Assembly: GCA_016840065.1 (NCBI GenBank)
Contig: JAEOTB010000038.1
Span: 1 to 15,583, forward strand
Reading direction: 5' to 3'
From: Candidatus Hermodarchaeota archaeon
GTDB taxonomy: Archaea; Asgardarchaeota; Hermodarchaeia; Hermodarchaeales; Hermodarchaeaceae
DNA length: 15,583 nt
This document shows, in pieces, positions 1 to 8,377 of this stretch; the first letter of the stretch is position 1; each line of letters opens with the position of its first letter. The translations under genes were made by a program, and so were the position numbers. Below the pieces are notes generated by a model. The model did not search any database. It was not told where the DNA came from and saw only the letters and a program-made list of their open reading frames with translations.

Positions 1-2854
1 CCTTCGCGACTTCTTCGGGTGTGCCTTGTGCAACAATGTAGCCTCCTTCATCGCCACCCTCTGGTCCCAAGTCGATGATGTAATCTGCACACTTGATCAC
101 ATCGGGGTGATGCTCGATAATAATTACCGTGTTCCCAGCATCGACTAGACGGTTAAGCACATCTAGGAGTTTGGCCACATCTGCCATGTGGAGACCAGTC
201 GTAGGTTCATCGAGGAAGTAGAGGGTCTTGCCGGTACTTCTCTTTCCTAGCTCCCTGCTCAACTTGATACGCTGTGCCTCCCCACCGCTTACTGTGGGAG
301 CTGTCTGACCTAACTCCATGTATCCCAGTCCAACATCCTGAAGGGTCTTGAGGATCCGGATAATATTCGGGATGTTCTCGTAAAAGTCTGCGGCTTCGTC
401 GACCGTCATTCTGAGAACTTCATAGATGGTCTTGCCCTTGTAGCGTATCTGTAAAGTATCTTTGTTGAATCGTTTCCCGTGGCACTCTTCGCAGATAACA
501 TAGACGTCGGGGAGGAACTGCATTTCGATTCTGAGGACACCTCCACCCTGACATGCTTCACACCTTCCGCCTTTCACATTGAAGCTGAACCGTCCGGGTT
601 TGTATCCTCGCATGCGCGCTTCTTCTGTTTTGGCGAAGAGATTTCGGATAGGTGTAAACAACCCAGTGTAGGTTGCGGGGTTAGAGCGAGGGGTGCGGCC
701 GATGGGTGACTGATCCACCAGGATTACTTTGTCAATGAATTCGATGCCAGTCAGCTCCTTGAAAGGTCCTGGCTTGACAATCATACCCGAACGCGCCTTT
801 GATACGAACGCGCCTGTTTTTACAGAACGCGCCCGTTTACGACGCTTCTGACGGAACTGCCATCTCAACCCAGGATATAACGTGTCCGTGATTAGGGTAC
901 TCTTCCCCGAGCCGGAAACCCCGGTCACACAGATGAAAGTGCCCAACGGAAAGTCTACGTCAACTTTCTTAAGGTTGTGGTGATGCGCCCCTTTCAACTT
1001 GATTGCCGTCCCGTTGCCTCGTCGCCGACTCACTGGTAGAGATATCTGAAGCTCGCCGCGCAGGTACTTACCCGTTATAGATTTCGGAGATGCTTCAATA
1101 TCTGCAACAGTTCCCTCTGCTACTACTTGACCTCCGAGAACCCCTGCCCCAGGACCCAAGTCGATGATGTGGTCTGCGGCTCGGATGAAGCCCTCATCAT
1201 GCTCAACAACCAATACTGTGTTTCCGAGATCACGGAGCTGCAGGAGCATGTTCAGCAGCCGGTCGTTATCACGCATATGGAGTCCTATACTAGGTTCATC
1301 TAGGATGTAGGTGACGCCGACAAGGCGTGACCCTATCTGGGTGGCTAGGCGTACTCTCTGGGCTTCTCCCCCTGCGAGGGTGGCAGATTGACGGTTCATT
1401 GTTAGGTACTCTAAGCCAACCTCTGAGAGGAACCGGAGCCGCTCCTTTATCTCTCGCATCGTCTGCTTTCCTATCGTGAGTTCCCGCTTTGTCAATCGGA
1501 GTTTCTCAAAATACTTGACAGCCTCACCAACTGACTTGTTACTGATTTCATCGATTCTTCTCCCGTGAATCGTAACAGCGAGGGCTTCTGGGCGAAGTTT
1601 TCTGCCTTTGCATTCGGGGCAGTCGTTGTGTGCCATGAATTGCTCGACGCTCTGACGCACTATCTCGGATTTGGTAGCTGAGTACCGATGCTTCAGTCCC
1701 GCTATTACACCCATTGTGGGCTTCTCTGTGATCCATTCCCAGCTTCTTCCGCTGCCAGTCACTCCGCGGTGCTCGAAGCGTATCGCCTCGTCCCCAGAAC
1801 CATACAAGATGATTTTCTGGATCTTGGGGTCTAGGTCCTTGAATGGCACATCTAGGCTGAAGCCGTAATGGTTTGCGATGCTCGTTATACTCCTAAGACG
1901 CCATCCCTCTAGTGGTGCGCTCCAGGGTGCGACGGCTCCTTGACGGATGGTGAGTGTCTTGTCTGGGATGACAAGAAGTGGGTCGACCTCAAGGGTGTAG
2001 CCAAGTCCTTTACATCTTGGACAGGCACCGTAGGGTGAGTTGAAACTGAATAGTCGTGGCGCTAGGTCGGGGAAGCTAACGCCACAAACAGGGCATCCTG
2101 CTGACTCACTGAATAAGTGTTCTTGGTCACCCATTACATCAGCGATAACTACACCCTTCCCGAATTCTAGGGCGGTTTCCACCGACTGGGTTAGTCTCTG
2201 CTCTATTGAAGGTTTTATCACCAGCCGGTCCACGATAATTTCGATTGAGTGTTGTTTGTAGCGGTCGAGTTCGATGGTTTCTTTATCGAGCCGGTAGTCC
2301 TTTCCGTTCACGCGGACTCTGATGAAGCCTTCGCGCTGCAGCTTCTTGAACAAGCTCTTGTAGTGTCCTTTCCTGCCACGGACTACAGGGGAGAGAATCC
2401 TGACCTGTTTTCCTTCGCCAAGCTCCATAATCTGTCGGACTATCTGTTGAGCCGATTGCGGGGAGATGCGACGACCGCACTGGTGACAGTGAGGGATACC
2501 GATGCGGGCCCAGAGGAGCCGCATGTAGTCATAGACTTCTGTTTGTGTTCCGACGGTTGACCGTGGATTACCACCAGCTGAGCGTTGATCAATGGAGATG
2601 GCTGGGCTGAGTCCTTCGATGGAGTCTACGTCGGGCTTGCTCATGCGTCCAAGGAACTGGCGGGCATAGGCGCTCAGGGATTCTACGTAGCGGCGCTGCC
2701 CTTCGGCGAAAAGAGTGTCAAAGGCTAGAGAGGACTTGCCTGAGCCTGATAGTCCAGTTATCACTACGTATTTATCGCGTGGTATCTTGACAGAGATGTT
2801 TTTTAGGTTGTGTACGCGAGCGCCCTTGACTACAATATACTTTTCTGGACTCAA
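1..2854 (-). CDS. uvrA: Excinuclease ABC subunit A (UvrA); 3' end lies beyond the window's left edge
   Basis: Manual translation from TTG at 2854 gives [69 protein letters not shown] (Walker A 1). The second ABC module shows [10 protein letters not shown] and [16 protein letters not shown]. The same frame reaches position 2 (...[19 protein letters not shown]). It is absent from the ORF track because no stop codon lies inside the window. Confidence 0.97.
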   Translation of the reverse strand, partial: MSPEKYIVVKGARVHNLKNISVKIPRDKYVVITGLSGSGKSSLAFDTLFAEGQRRYVESLSAYARQFLGRMSKPDVDSIEGLSPAISIDQRSAGGNPRSTVGTQTEVYDYMRLLWARIGIPHCHQCGRRISPQSAQQIVRQIMELGEGKQVRILSPVVRGRKGHYKSLFKKLQREGFIRVRVNGKDYRLDKETIELDRYKQHSIEIIVDRLVIKPSIEQRLTQSVETALEFGKGVVIADVMGDQEHLFSESAGCPVCGVSFPDLAPRLFSFNSPYGACPRCKGLGYTLEVDPLLVIPDKTLTIRQGAVAPWSAPLEGWRLRSITSIANHYGFSLDVPFKDLDPKIQKIILYGSGDEAIRFEHRGVTGSGRSWEWITEKPTMGVIAGLKHRYSATKSEIVRQSVEQFMAHNDCPECKGRKLRPEALAVTIHGRRIDEISNKSVGEAVKYFEKLRLTKRELTIGKQTMREIKERLRFLSEVGLEYLTMNRQSATLAGGEAQRVRLATQIGSRLVGVTYILDEPSIGLHMRDNDRLLNMLLQLRDLGNTVLVVEHDEGFIRAADHIIDLGPGAGVLGGQVVAEGTVADIEASPKSITGKYLRGELQISLPVSRRRGNGTAIKLKGAHHHNLKKVDVDFPLGTFICVTGVSGSGKSTLITDTLYPGLRWQFRQKRRKRARSVKTGAFVSKARSGMIVKPGPFKELTGIEFIDKVILVDQSPIGRTPRSNPATYTGLFTPIRNLFAKTEEARMRGYKPGRFSFNVKGGRCEACQGGGVLRIEMQFLPDVYVICEECHGKRFNKDTLQIRYKGKTIYEVLRMTVDEAADFYENIPNIIRILKTLQDVGLGYMELGQTAPTVSGGEAQRIKLSRELGKRSTGKTLYFLDEPTTGLHMADVAKLLDVLNRLVDAGNTVIIIEHHPDVIKCADYIIDLGPEGGDEGGYIVAQGTPEEVAK
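789..833. repeat. Three direct copies of GAACGCGCC inside uvrA
   Basis: Copies at 789-797, 806-814 and 825-833 (periods 17 and 19 nt). Confidence 0.8.
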
Positions 2855-3042
2855 CTAATACACCGGCTTGCCGCCTCGTGACACCTAGCATGAATAACTG
2901 TTATGGTCTTCTGCTAGGCCCTGCTATACCTCGACGGAGTTCTGTTCCCTCATGGTTAGTGTTTATCTGCTTTTCCTTTACGGCGAGTCAGCTTAAACAG
3001 ACAAACAAGCTGGGAGCTAATTGAAACTATTATTCTGTTTTA

Positions 3043-3237
3043 TCACCTAAAACGAACCAACTCAGTTTCTAGACCAAACCTTCCCTCTGCCTTTGCAGCG
3101 ATAACACGTTCTCTGATAGCTACCAGGAATGTTAGATCTAATCTTCCCTGATCCTCGGCAAAGGTAGCAAAGTCGAATTGTAGACAATGGGAATCACCAC
3201 TAGAAACCTCCAAAAATGCCAAGAAAAAGCTTAGCAT
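3043..3237 (-). CDS. Possible 64-aa small protein between uvrB and uvrA
   Basis: ATG 10 nt after the uvrB stop, with GGAG directly upstream. No recognisable family. Confidence 0.25.
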   Translation of the reverse strand: MLSFFLAFLEVSSGDSHCLQFDFATFAEDQGRLDLTFLVAIRERVIAAKAEGRFGLETELVRFR

Positions 3238-3247
3238 TTCTCCTGGT

Positions 3248-5272
3248 TCACTTGCTTCTGCGGCCTCGTTCAGGTTTTCCCGTTGCGCGGAGACCAAGAT
3301 AGGCTTCAATCTCGTTGACAAGGTCTCGGAGCTCAGCAGCTCGCTCGAACTCTAGTTCCTCTGCAGCGTGAAGCATCTCCTCCCGCAGCTCCACTATCAA
3401 AAGAGCAAGATCACTTTCATTTGCGGTGCGCCAATTCCGGGGGAGACGGACATCAGGTGCTGCATCTGCTGCGACTCTTTCAACATCTTCTGCGATGTCA
3501 TCGAGTGACTTCACGATTGTTGTTGGTGTGATTCCATGCTCACGGTTATGCGCCATCTGGAGGTCCCGTCTGCGATTATTCTCAGAAATAGCCCGCTGCA
3601 TAGAATCTGTCACCTTGTCAGCGTAGAGAATCACGGTTCCGTTCACGTTCCGGCTCGCACGACCCATCGTCTGAATCAAGCTGGTTTCAGAACGTAGGAA
3701 GCCCTCTTTATCTGCATCCAGTATCGCGACAAGTGATACTTCCGGAAGGTCAAGCCCTTCGCGGAGAAGGTTGATACCGACAACAACATCGAACTTACCA
3801 CGCCGCAGGTTCCGAAGGACCTCCACTCGTTCAAGGGTGGCAACCTCGGAGTGAAGGTACTCGGCTTTCACTCCCGCGTGAACTAGATAATCTGAGAGGT
3901 CCTCAGCCATCCTCTTAGTCAGGGTAGTAATCAGCACCCGCTCATCCCGTTTTTCCCTCTCTCGTATCTCTGAGAGTAGATCCTCTATCTGACCCTTAGT
4001 TGGGCGAACAATGATTAACGGGTCGATAAGACCTGTGGGTCTGATTATTTGTTCCACAATCTGTTGAGCTTGTCTTCGCTCATAATCTGCAGGTGTCGCA
4101 GAGGTGAAGAGGACCCGTCGCATGAAAGGCTCAAACTCATCGAAGGTAAGAGGTCTGTTATCATAGGCGGAGGGTAAGCGGAACCCGAAGCCCACTAGAT
4201 TATCCTTCCGGGCACGGTCTCCACGATACATACCGCGCAACTGGGGTATGGTGACATGGGACTCGTCGAGGACGAGTAGAAAGTCCTTGGGGAAGTGGTC
4301 TAGCAGGCAGTAGGGCTTCTCCCCTTCAGCGCGACCATCAAAGTAACGGGAGTAATTCTCGATACCACTCGTCCAGCCCACGGTGCTCAACATCTCCATA
4401 TCATATTTAACACGGCGACGAAGACGGTCTGCTTCTAGAATTTTCTCAGCTGCTTCTAGCTCTGCGACACGCTCTCTCAGCTCAACTTCGACCGCTTTAA
4501 CGACTTGAGGAATGTCTTCGCGGTTTGTGGTAAACTGTTTGGCGGGGAATATGCGGATCCGCTCTCGTTCACCCAGCACAGTTCCGTGCAAGGGCGCTAC
4601 CTCGACAATTTCCTCAATGGTGTCGCCAAATGTTTCAAGTCTAACGGGTGTGTCCGCGTAAGCTGGAAAGACTTCAATAACATCACCCCGTACCCTAAAG
4701 GTACCCCTCTTGAAATCGAAATCGTTCCTTTGATACTGAAGATGAACAAGGCGCGAGAACAGCTCCTTCCGGGTTATGGTCTGTCCCTTCGTCAACTCCA
4801 GCATCACACCACGATACGCGCTGGGCGCTCCAGTGCCGAAGATGCAAGAAACCGTTGCCACAATTAGCACATCTTTCCGCATAGCCAATGATGCTGTCGC
4901 AGCCAGCCGCATACGCTCCACCTCCTCATTGATCGAGGAATCCTTCTCGATGTAGGTGTCCGAAGTCGGCAAGTAGGCCTCGGGTTGATAATAATCATAA
5001 AATGACACATAGTACTCTACTGCTGAACCCGGGAAGTATTCCCGGAACATGCTGCAGAGCTGAGCGGCAAGAGTTTTGTTCGGGGCGATGACAAGTGTGG
5101 GTTTCTGGAGCGCGGTAACCACTGAAGCAACAGTGAAGGTCTTACCTGACCCAGTTACTCCAAGAAGGACCTGCTTGTTGTGACCTTCCTTGTAGCCTTT
5201 CAGAAGTCGTTTGATGGCTTTAGGTTGGTCGCCTCGTGGCTTGTAACGTGGGTTCAACTCGAACTTTGTCAC
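3248..5272 (-). CDS. uvrB: Excinuclease ABC subunit B (UvrB)
   Basis: 674 aa. Motifs GVTGSGKT, APNKTLAAQL, beta-hairpin YYDYYQPEAY, DESH, GFRLPSAYDNRPL, LREGLDLPEVSLVAILDADKEGFLRS, and a C-terminal UVR domain (AAEELEFERAAELRD). GTG start with GGAGG RBS at ~5283-5287. Confidence 0.98.
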   Translation of the reverse strand: MTKFELNPRYKPRGDQPKAIKRLLKGYKEGHNKQVLLGVTGSGKTFTVASVVTALQKPTLVIAPNKTLAAQLCSMFREYFPGSAVEYYVSFYDYYQPEAYLPTSDTYIEKDSSINEEVERMRLAATASLAMRKDVLIVATVSCIFGTGAPSAYRGVMLELTKGQTITRKELFSRLVHLQYQRNDFDFKRGTFRVRGDVIEVFPAYADTPVRLETFGDTIEEIVEVAPLHGTVLGERERIRIFPAKQFTTNREDIPQVVKAVEVELRERVAELEAAEKILEADRLRRRVKYDMEMLSTVGWTSGIENYSRYFDGRAEGEKPYCLLDHFPKDFLLVLDESHVTIPQLRGMYRGDRARKDNLVGFGFRLPSAYDNRPLTFDEFEPFMRRVLFTSATPADYERRQAQQIVEQIIRPTGLIDPLIIVRPTKGQIEDLLSEIREREKRDERVLITTLTKRMAEDLSDYLVHAGVKAEYLHSEVATLERVEVLRNLRRGKFDVVVGINLLREGLDLPEVSLVAILDADKEGFLRSETSLIQTMGRASRNVNGTVILYADKVTDSMQRAISENNRRRDLQMAHNREHGITPTTIVKSLDDIAEDVERVAADAAPDVRLPRNWRTANESDLALLIVELREEMLHAAEELEFERAAELRDLVNEIEAYLGLRATGKPERGRRSK

Positions 5273-5439
5273 TGGTTTCGCGCCTCCGGTCGCACAAACC
5301 CACTCTTTGCTTTATCACTTTTGTGGGGTGCAGGATAAGTATCTTCAACGATACTGGGGTATCCGATGTGTTTTACCGCTTCTGCAGTTTCCTTGATTCT
5401 AATGAAACATTTAAAGCGGATGGAATCGGAAACTAATAA

Positions 5440-5617
5440 GAATTAACACTGTTAATTCAAGGAAGTTGTACGAAAGAGGAAGGGAGGCCCCTTTCATATT
5501 TTCTACTGGTAATGCCACCAGTATTATCAATGTTGAAATAAAGCCACAATACTCGTCGTGGCAATGAACTGTTGCAAGAAAGGGAGAGGCCCTTCTCATC
5601 ATGCACTTCTAGGCTTG
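5440..5617 (+). ncRNA. Candidate multi-hairpin RNA/element between uvrB and pckA
   Basis: Several hairpins, including two near-duplicate AAGGG-AG(A)GG(C)-CCCTT hairpins, a closing helix, and an upstream GAAACA-TTTAAA (TATA 5410-5415). Confidence 0.35.
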
Positions 5618-5629
5618 CATTGTCTGGTT

Positions 5630-7561
5630 CTATTTGTAGTGTTGTTCATAGAACTGCTTGATTTCTTCTGGGGTTGGTAGTGAACAGCGTTCCCATACGT
5701 GGATGACTTCTTCTAGTTCCTTCTCTCCTTGTTGTCCCCTAAAGAGTTCAGATAGATGCTGGGTTCGTTCTTGGATATCTCGTTTGCACAAATCAAGGTA
5801 CACCTCGGCACTGTAGTATTTCAGGGGATTGAACCTTTCAGCATACCCCTTCATCCCATGTTCCTTCTCAATCTCTTCTGGCGAGGGAAGTAAGTAGCCT
5901 TCACCGAAGACAGGGTGAGGAATCCACGTCTTTATTCGGCGGCTCTCTACCAGTTCCACTAAGCGCTTGGTGTCTTCTACTCTGATTTTTTCGCCTAACC
6001 CATGGTAGACTGGTTTGCCCTGCCCATCGAGGGATGCTTTACCTGTGACCTTATCGATTTTAGGAATTGGTTGTCCCTGTTCGTCGAGGCGGCGGCGTTG
6101 TTTGCCCTTGAAGTCGTGTTCACCGACATAACCTGAGTTGACAATAGCAAAGACTAGATTGCCACCCTCTATCCTAGAGTTCGCGTATTGACCTAACCCC
6201 ATCTCTGAATACACTTTGTGTTTTAGTAGTGCTTGATGGGCCTGCTCTCGTACCATAAAGTCTGTGGCAGCATAGGAGCGGACCCTGGTGCCGGGGATTT
6301 TTCCGCCGATGGCTGAGGTGATGATGGTTTCGCATCCTGAGTCTAGGGCTACCGCCATGGCAGGATCAGTGATACGGATTAGGGGTTGGAAGATGTCGAA
6401 GCGCCGGAAGGAGAGCATCTCGGTTTTGAGCCACTTATCCGTTCCTGGCTCCCAGTCCGGATTCAGTGCATCGAACTTGAAGATGAATCGACCGTTGGTT
6501 GTTCCTGATTTCTCATAGCGAGTACACTGAAGGGAGCCCACCTTCTCTCCTGTAATGGGGCAGGGGACGCGAACTGGATGTCCCTTAACCTCCATCATTT
6601 TGTACTCTATGCCTTCACAGTCGATGTTCTGGGCGAGAACTACTTCACGCGTGCCGTCTGGACGCTTCTCCTTGGATTTCATCAGTCCTGGCCATTCAGG
6701 GCTTGCGGAATCCAATCCTTCACTCTTGGCATAAGACGCTGCCTCTAATCCAATCACTTGCACCTTCTCGACCCGACCACTACCGTTGGGTATTGGCAGC
6801 CCTAAGCATGCGTCGTCTTGGTGCAGCTGAGGACCAACAGTCAGGGTCGTTTTGCCTGTACCGGATAACCCCTTGAGAACCCGAGTTTCAGTACATCCCG
6901 CATGGTAGGAAACGAGTCCTTGTGCTTCGCCTCGGTTCCATACTAGCGTGAGGTTTGGTTTTTTGAAGGCTCCTCCGAAATAATCCACGCGCAGGCTCAT
7001 CACTCGTCTGTGGTCTTCATCCATTCTGGTCATGTCATAGAGGGTGAGGGGCTCATCGGGGTCGAATTCTGGCCAGAAGCTGCGGATTTCTTCAATGACA
7101 TAATCGGGTAACCGCTCCTGCACAATATAGTTCCAGCACTGAACATCCATTCCTTCCTCTGGTGGATAGACCATTAGTTTGCCAAACCAGCCAATGTATG
7201 CGGTGTGCGGGTTTTCCAAGCTTATGATGATACGTAGACCTGTCTTGTATTCCGCTTCACCTTGAATTCCTTCAAGGACCAGTACTTTTGTACTCTTGAG
7301 ATATCTCTGGATGACCTCAAAGAGCTTTAAGCCGATTTCTCGGTCGAAGACCCTCTGCCCCTTACCTAGCCGGTAACCTTTAGGGGGGATGAAAAAGGCG
7401 CGGTCAGGTCGGCGACCTGGCTGCGTGTTCCCGAACAAGTATTGTCCATCCGCTGTCAGAACATAATATGGTTTCAGGATTTCCCTGAACCAGTCGTGAT
7501 CAGGATTTCGAGTGACATTCTTTGCTTCAAAATGAAGGTCGTCTTCTATATGGATTGACAT
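5630..7561 (-). CDS. pckA: Divergent phosphoenolpyruvate carboxykinase (ATP-type family)
   Basis: PEPCK-ATP motifs in the expected order: YFGGAFKK (cf. YGGEMKK), SYHAGC (catalytic His), GLSGTGKTTLT (P-loop), QDD (kinase-2), EAASYAK (cf. EGGCYAK), TTNGR (cf. TENTR). Confidence 0.8.
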   Translation of the reverse strand: MSIHIEDDLHFEAKNVTRNPDHDWFREILKPYYVLTADGQYLFGNTQPGRRPDRAFFIPPKGYRLGKGQRVFDREIGLKLFEVIQRYLKSTKVLVLEGIQGEAEYKTGLRIIISLENPHTAYIGWFGKLMVYPPEEGMDVQCWNYIVQERLPDYVIEEIRSFWPEFDPDEPLTLYDMTRMDEDHRRVMSLRVDYFGGAFKKPNLTLVWNRGEAQGLVSYHAGCTETRVLKGLSGTGKTTLTVGPQLHQDDACLGLPIPNGSGRVEKVQVIGLEAASYAKSEGLDSASPEWPGLMKSKEKRPDGTREVVLAQNIDCEGIEYKMMEVKGHPVRVPCPITGEKVGSLQCTRYEKSGTTNGRFIFKFDALNPDWEPGTDKWLKTEMLSFRRFDIFQPLIRITDPAMAVALDSGCETIITSAIGGKIPGTRVRSYAATDFMVREQAHQALLKHKVYSEMGLGQYANSRIEGGNLVFAIVNSGYVGEHDFKGKQRRRLDEQGQPIPKIDKVTGKASLDGQGKPVYHGLGEKIRVEDTKRLVELVESRRIKTWIPHPVFGEGYLLPSPEEIEKEHGMKGYAERFNPLKYYSAEVYLDLCKRDIQERTQHLSELFRGQQGEKELEEVIHVWERCSLPTPEEIKQFYEQHYK

Positions 7562-7734
7562 TCTAGCATGTACCCCACTCTACAGCGCTTAGGCTTTTCA
7601 TCTAAATCAAGCAGGATTGATGCCCTGCGTCTCCCCGTCCTTTTATCCTCCCCTTTAATTCCTTTTGTAGTTCGAGACATTCTTCTTCGAACTCTCCAAC
7701 AATCTTAAGTACCAGTTAGAGATTGGGGGAATCA

Positions 7735-7779
7735 AGCGGGTGGGATTCGCACCGTGCTCCGCTAATCAAATAAATCCCG
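7735..7779 (+). promoter_or_regulatory. Candidate pseudoknotted cis-regulatory RNA (riboswitch-like) in the queT 5' leader
   Basis: P1 AGCGGG/TCCGCT, loop TGGGATT pairing with downstream AATCCCG, and A-rich linker AATCAAATA. It starts about 24 nt after a TATA-like TTAAGTA (7705-7711). Confidence 0.45.
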
Positions 7780-7799
7780 GGCTGCGAGTTGTATTGCAA

Positions 7800-8300
7800 A
7801 TGAATCAAGCAAAATTTAATCCTCTCCAGGCTATTGCCCTTACAGCAATAATGGCGGCATTATATGCCGCAGTTACCATTGTCCTCGGACCAATCGCCTT
7901 TTTGCCACTAATCAATCTACGAATTTCAGATGTCCTTCTACCTTTCCCATACATACTAGGATGGCCGATGGCTGTTGCGCTCTTCCTCGGATGCGCAGTT
8001 GCGAATATTTTCGGAGGGCTAGGACTCCTTGATATCGTTCTTGGAAGTCTCCTCAATCTTACTGCTGGTGTGCTGGTCATGAACAGGAAGACCTGCCCTC
8101 ATTGGGCTCTTGCTTGGCTTTACCCGACACTAATAGTTGGTCTTGGTGTCCCCGCATACCTACAATTCCTAATATACCTGCCCTACATAGCAATATTCCC
8201 TGAGATCCTGGCAAGTACCGCATTGTGGTCTGCCATCGGTGTTATCGTCATGCAGGCGGTAGAAAGGGCTTTACCGGATGTATTTCCTCCTGAGAAATAA
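7800..8300 (+). CDS. queT: QueT-family (ECF S-component-like) membrane protein, putative 7-deazaguanine precursor transporter
   Basis: About 5 hydrophobic segments. N-terminal AIMAALYAAVT..L.PIAF...NLRISD.L, followed by LFLGCAVANIFG.LG.LDI.LGSL, is typical of QueT. ATG 7800 is preferred over GTG 7740 because the family-like sequence starts there and 7740 lies inside a structured leader. Confidence 0.82.
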   Translation: MNQAKFNPLQAIALTAIMAALYAAVTIVLGPIAFLPLINLRISDVLLPFPYILGWPMAVALFLGCAVANIFGGLGLLDIVLGSLLNLTAGVLVMNRKTCPHWALAWLYPTLIVGLGVPAYLQFLIYLPYIAIFPEILASTALWSAIGVIVMQAVERALPDVFPPEK

Positions 8301-8377
8301 TGGAAATACATCAGGTTAGACGACCGAACTGGTAAAATAGTAAGTTCGACAACCTACCGATTCAGTTGGGATGCCGT

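Noticed and set aside
789-833. Mini-CRISPR array or BHB mRNA intron in uvrA
   Set aside because: Repeats (9 nt) and spacers (8-10 nt) are far too short for CRISPR. I found no bulge-helix-bulge, and the frame is open without splicing.
805-838. CGAAC...GTTT as a Gram-positive LexA (Cheo) box
   Set aside because: The spacer is 6 nt rather than 4, the site is deep inside the coding region, and the host is archaeal.
479-2560. Short track ORFs (479-709, 1548-1736, 1671-1868, 2040-2261, 2249-2560, 2283-2480)
   Set aside because: They are shadow ORFs overlapping the uvrA frame that the track missed.
5590-5602. ATGATGA (box C, or SECIS-like AUGA) on the minus strand just after pckA
   Set aside because: There is no suitably placed CTGA box D or opposing GA, and pckA has no in-frame UGA.
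5236-5602. ORFs 5236-5436 (+) and 5411-5602 (-)
   Set aside because: No recognisable motifs or clear RBS; the region is better explained by promoter and RNA-structure elements.
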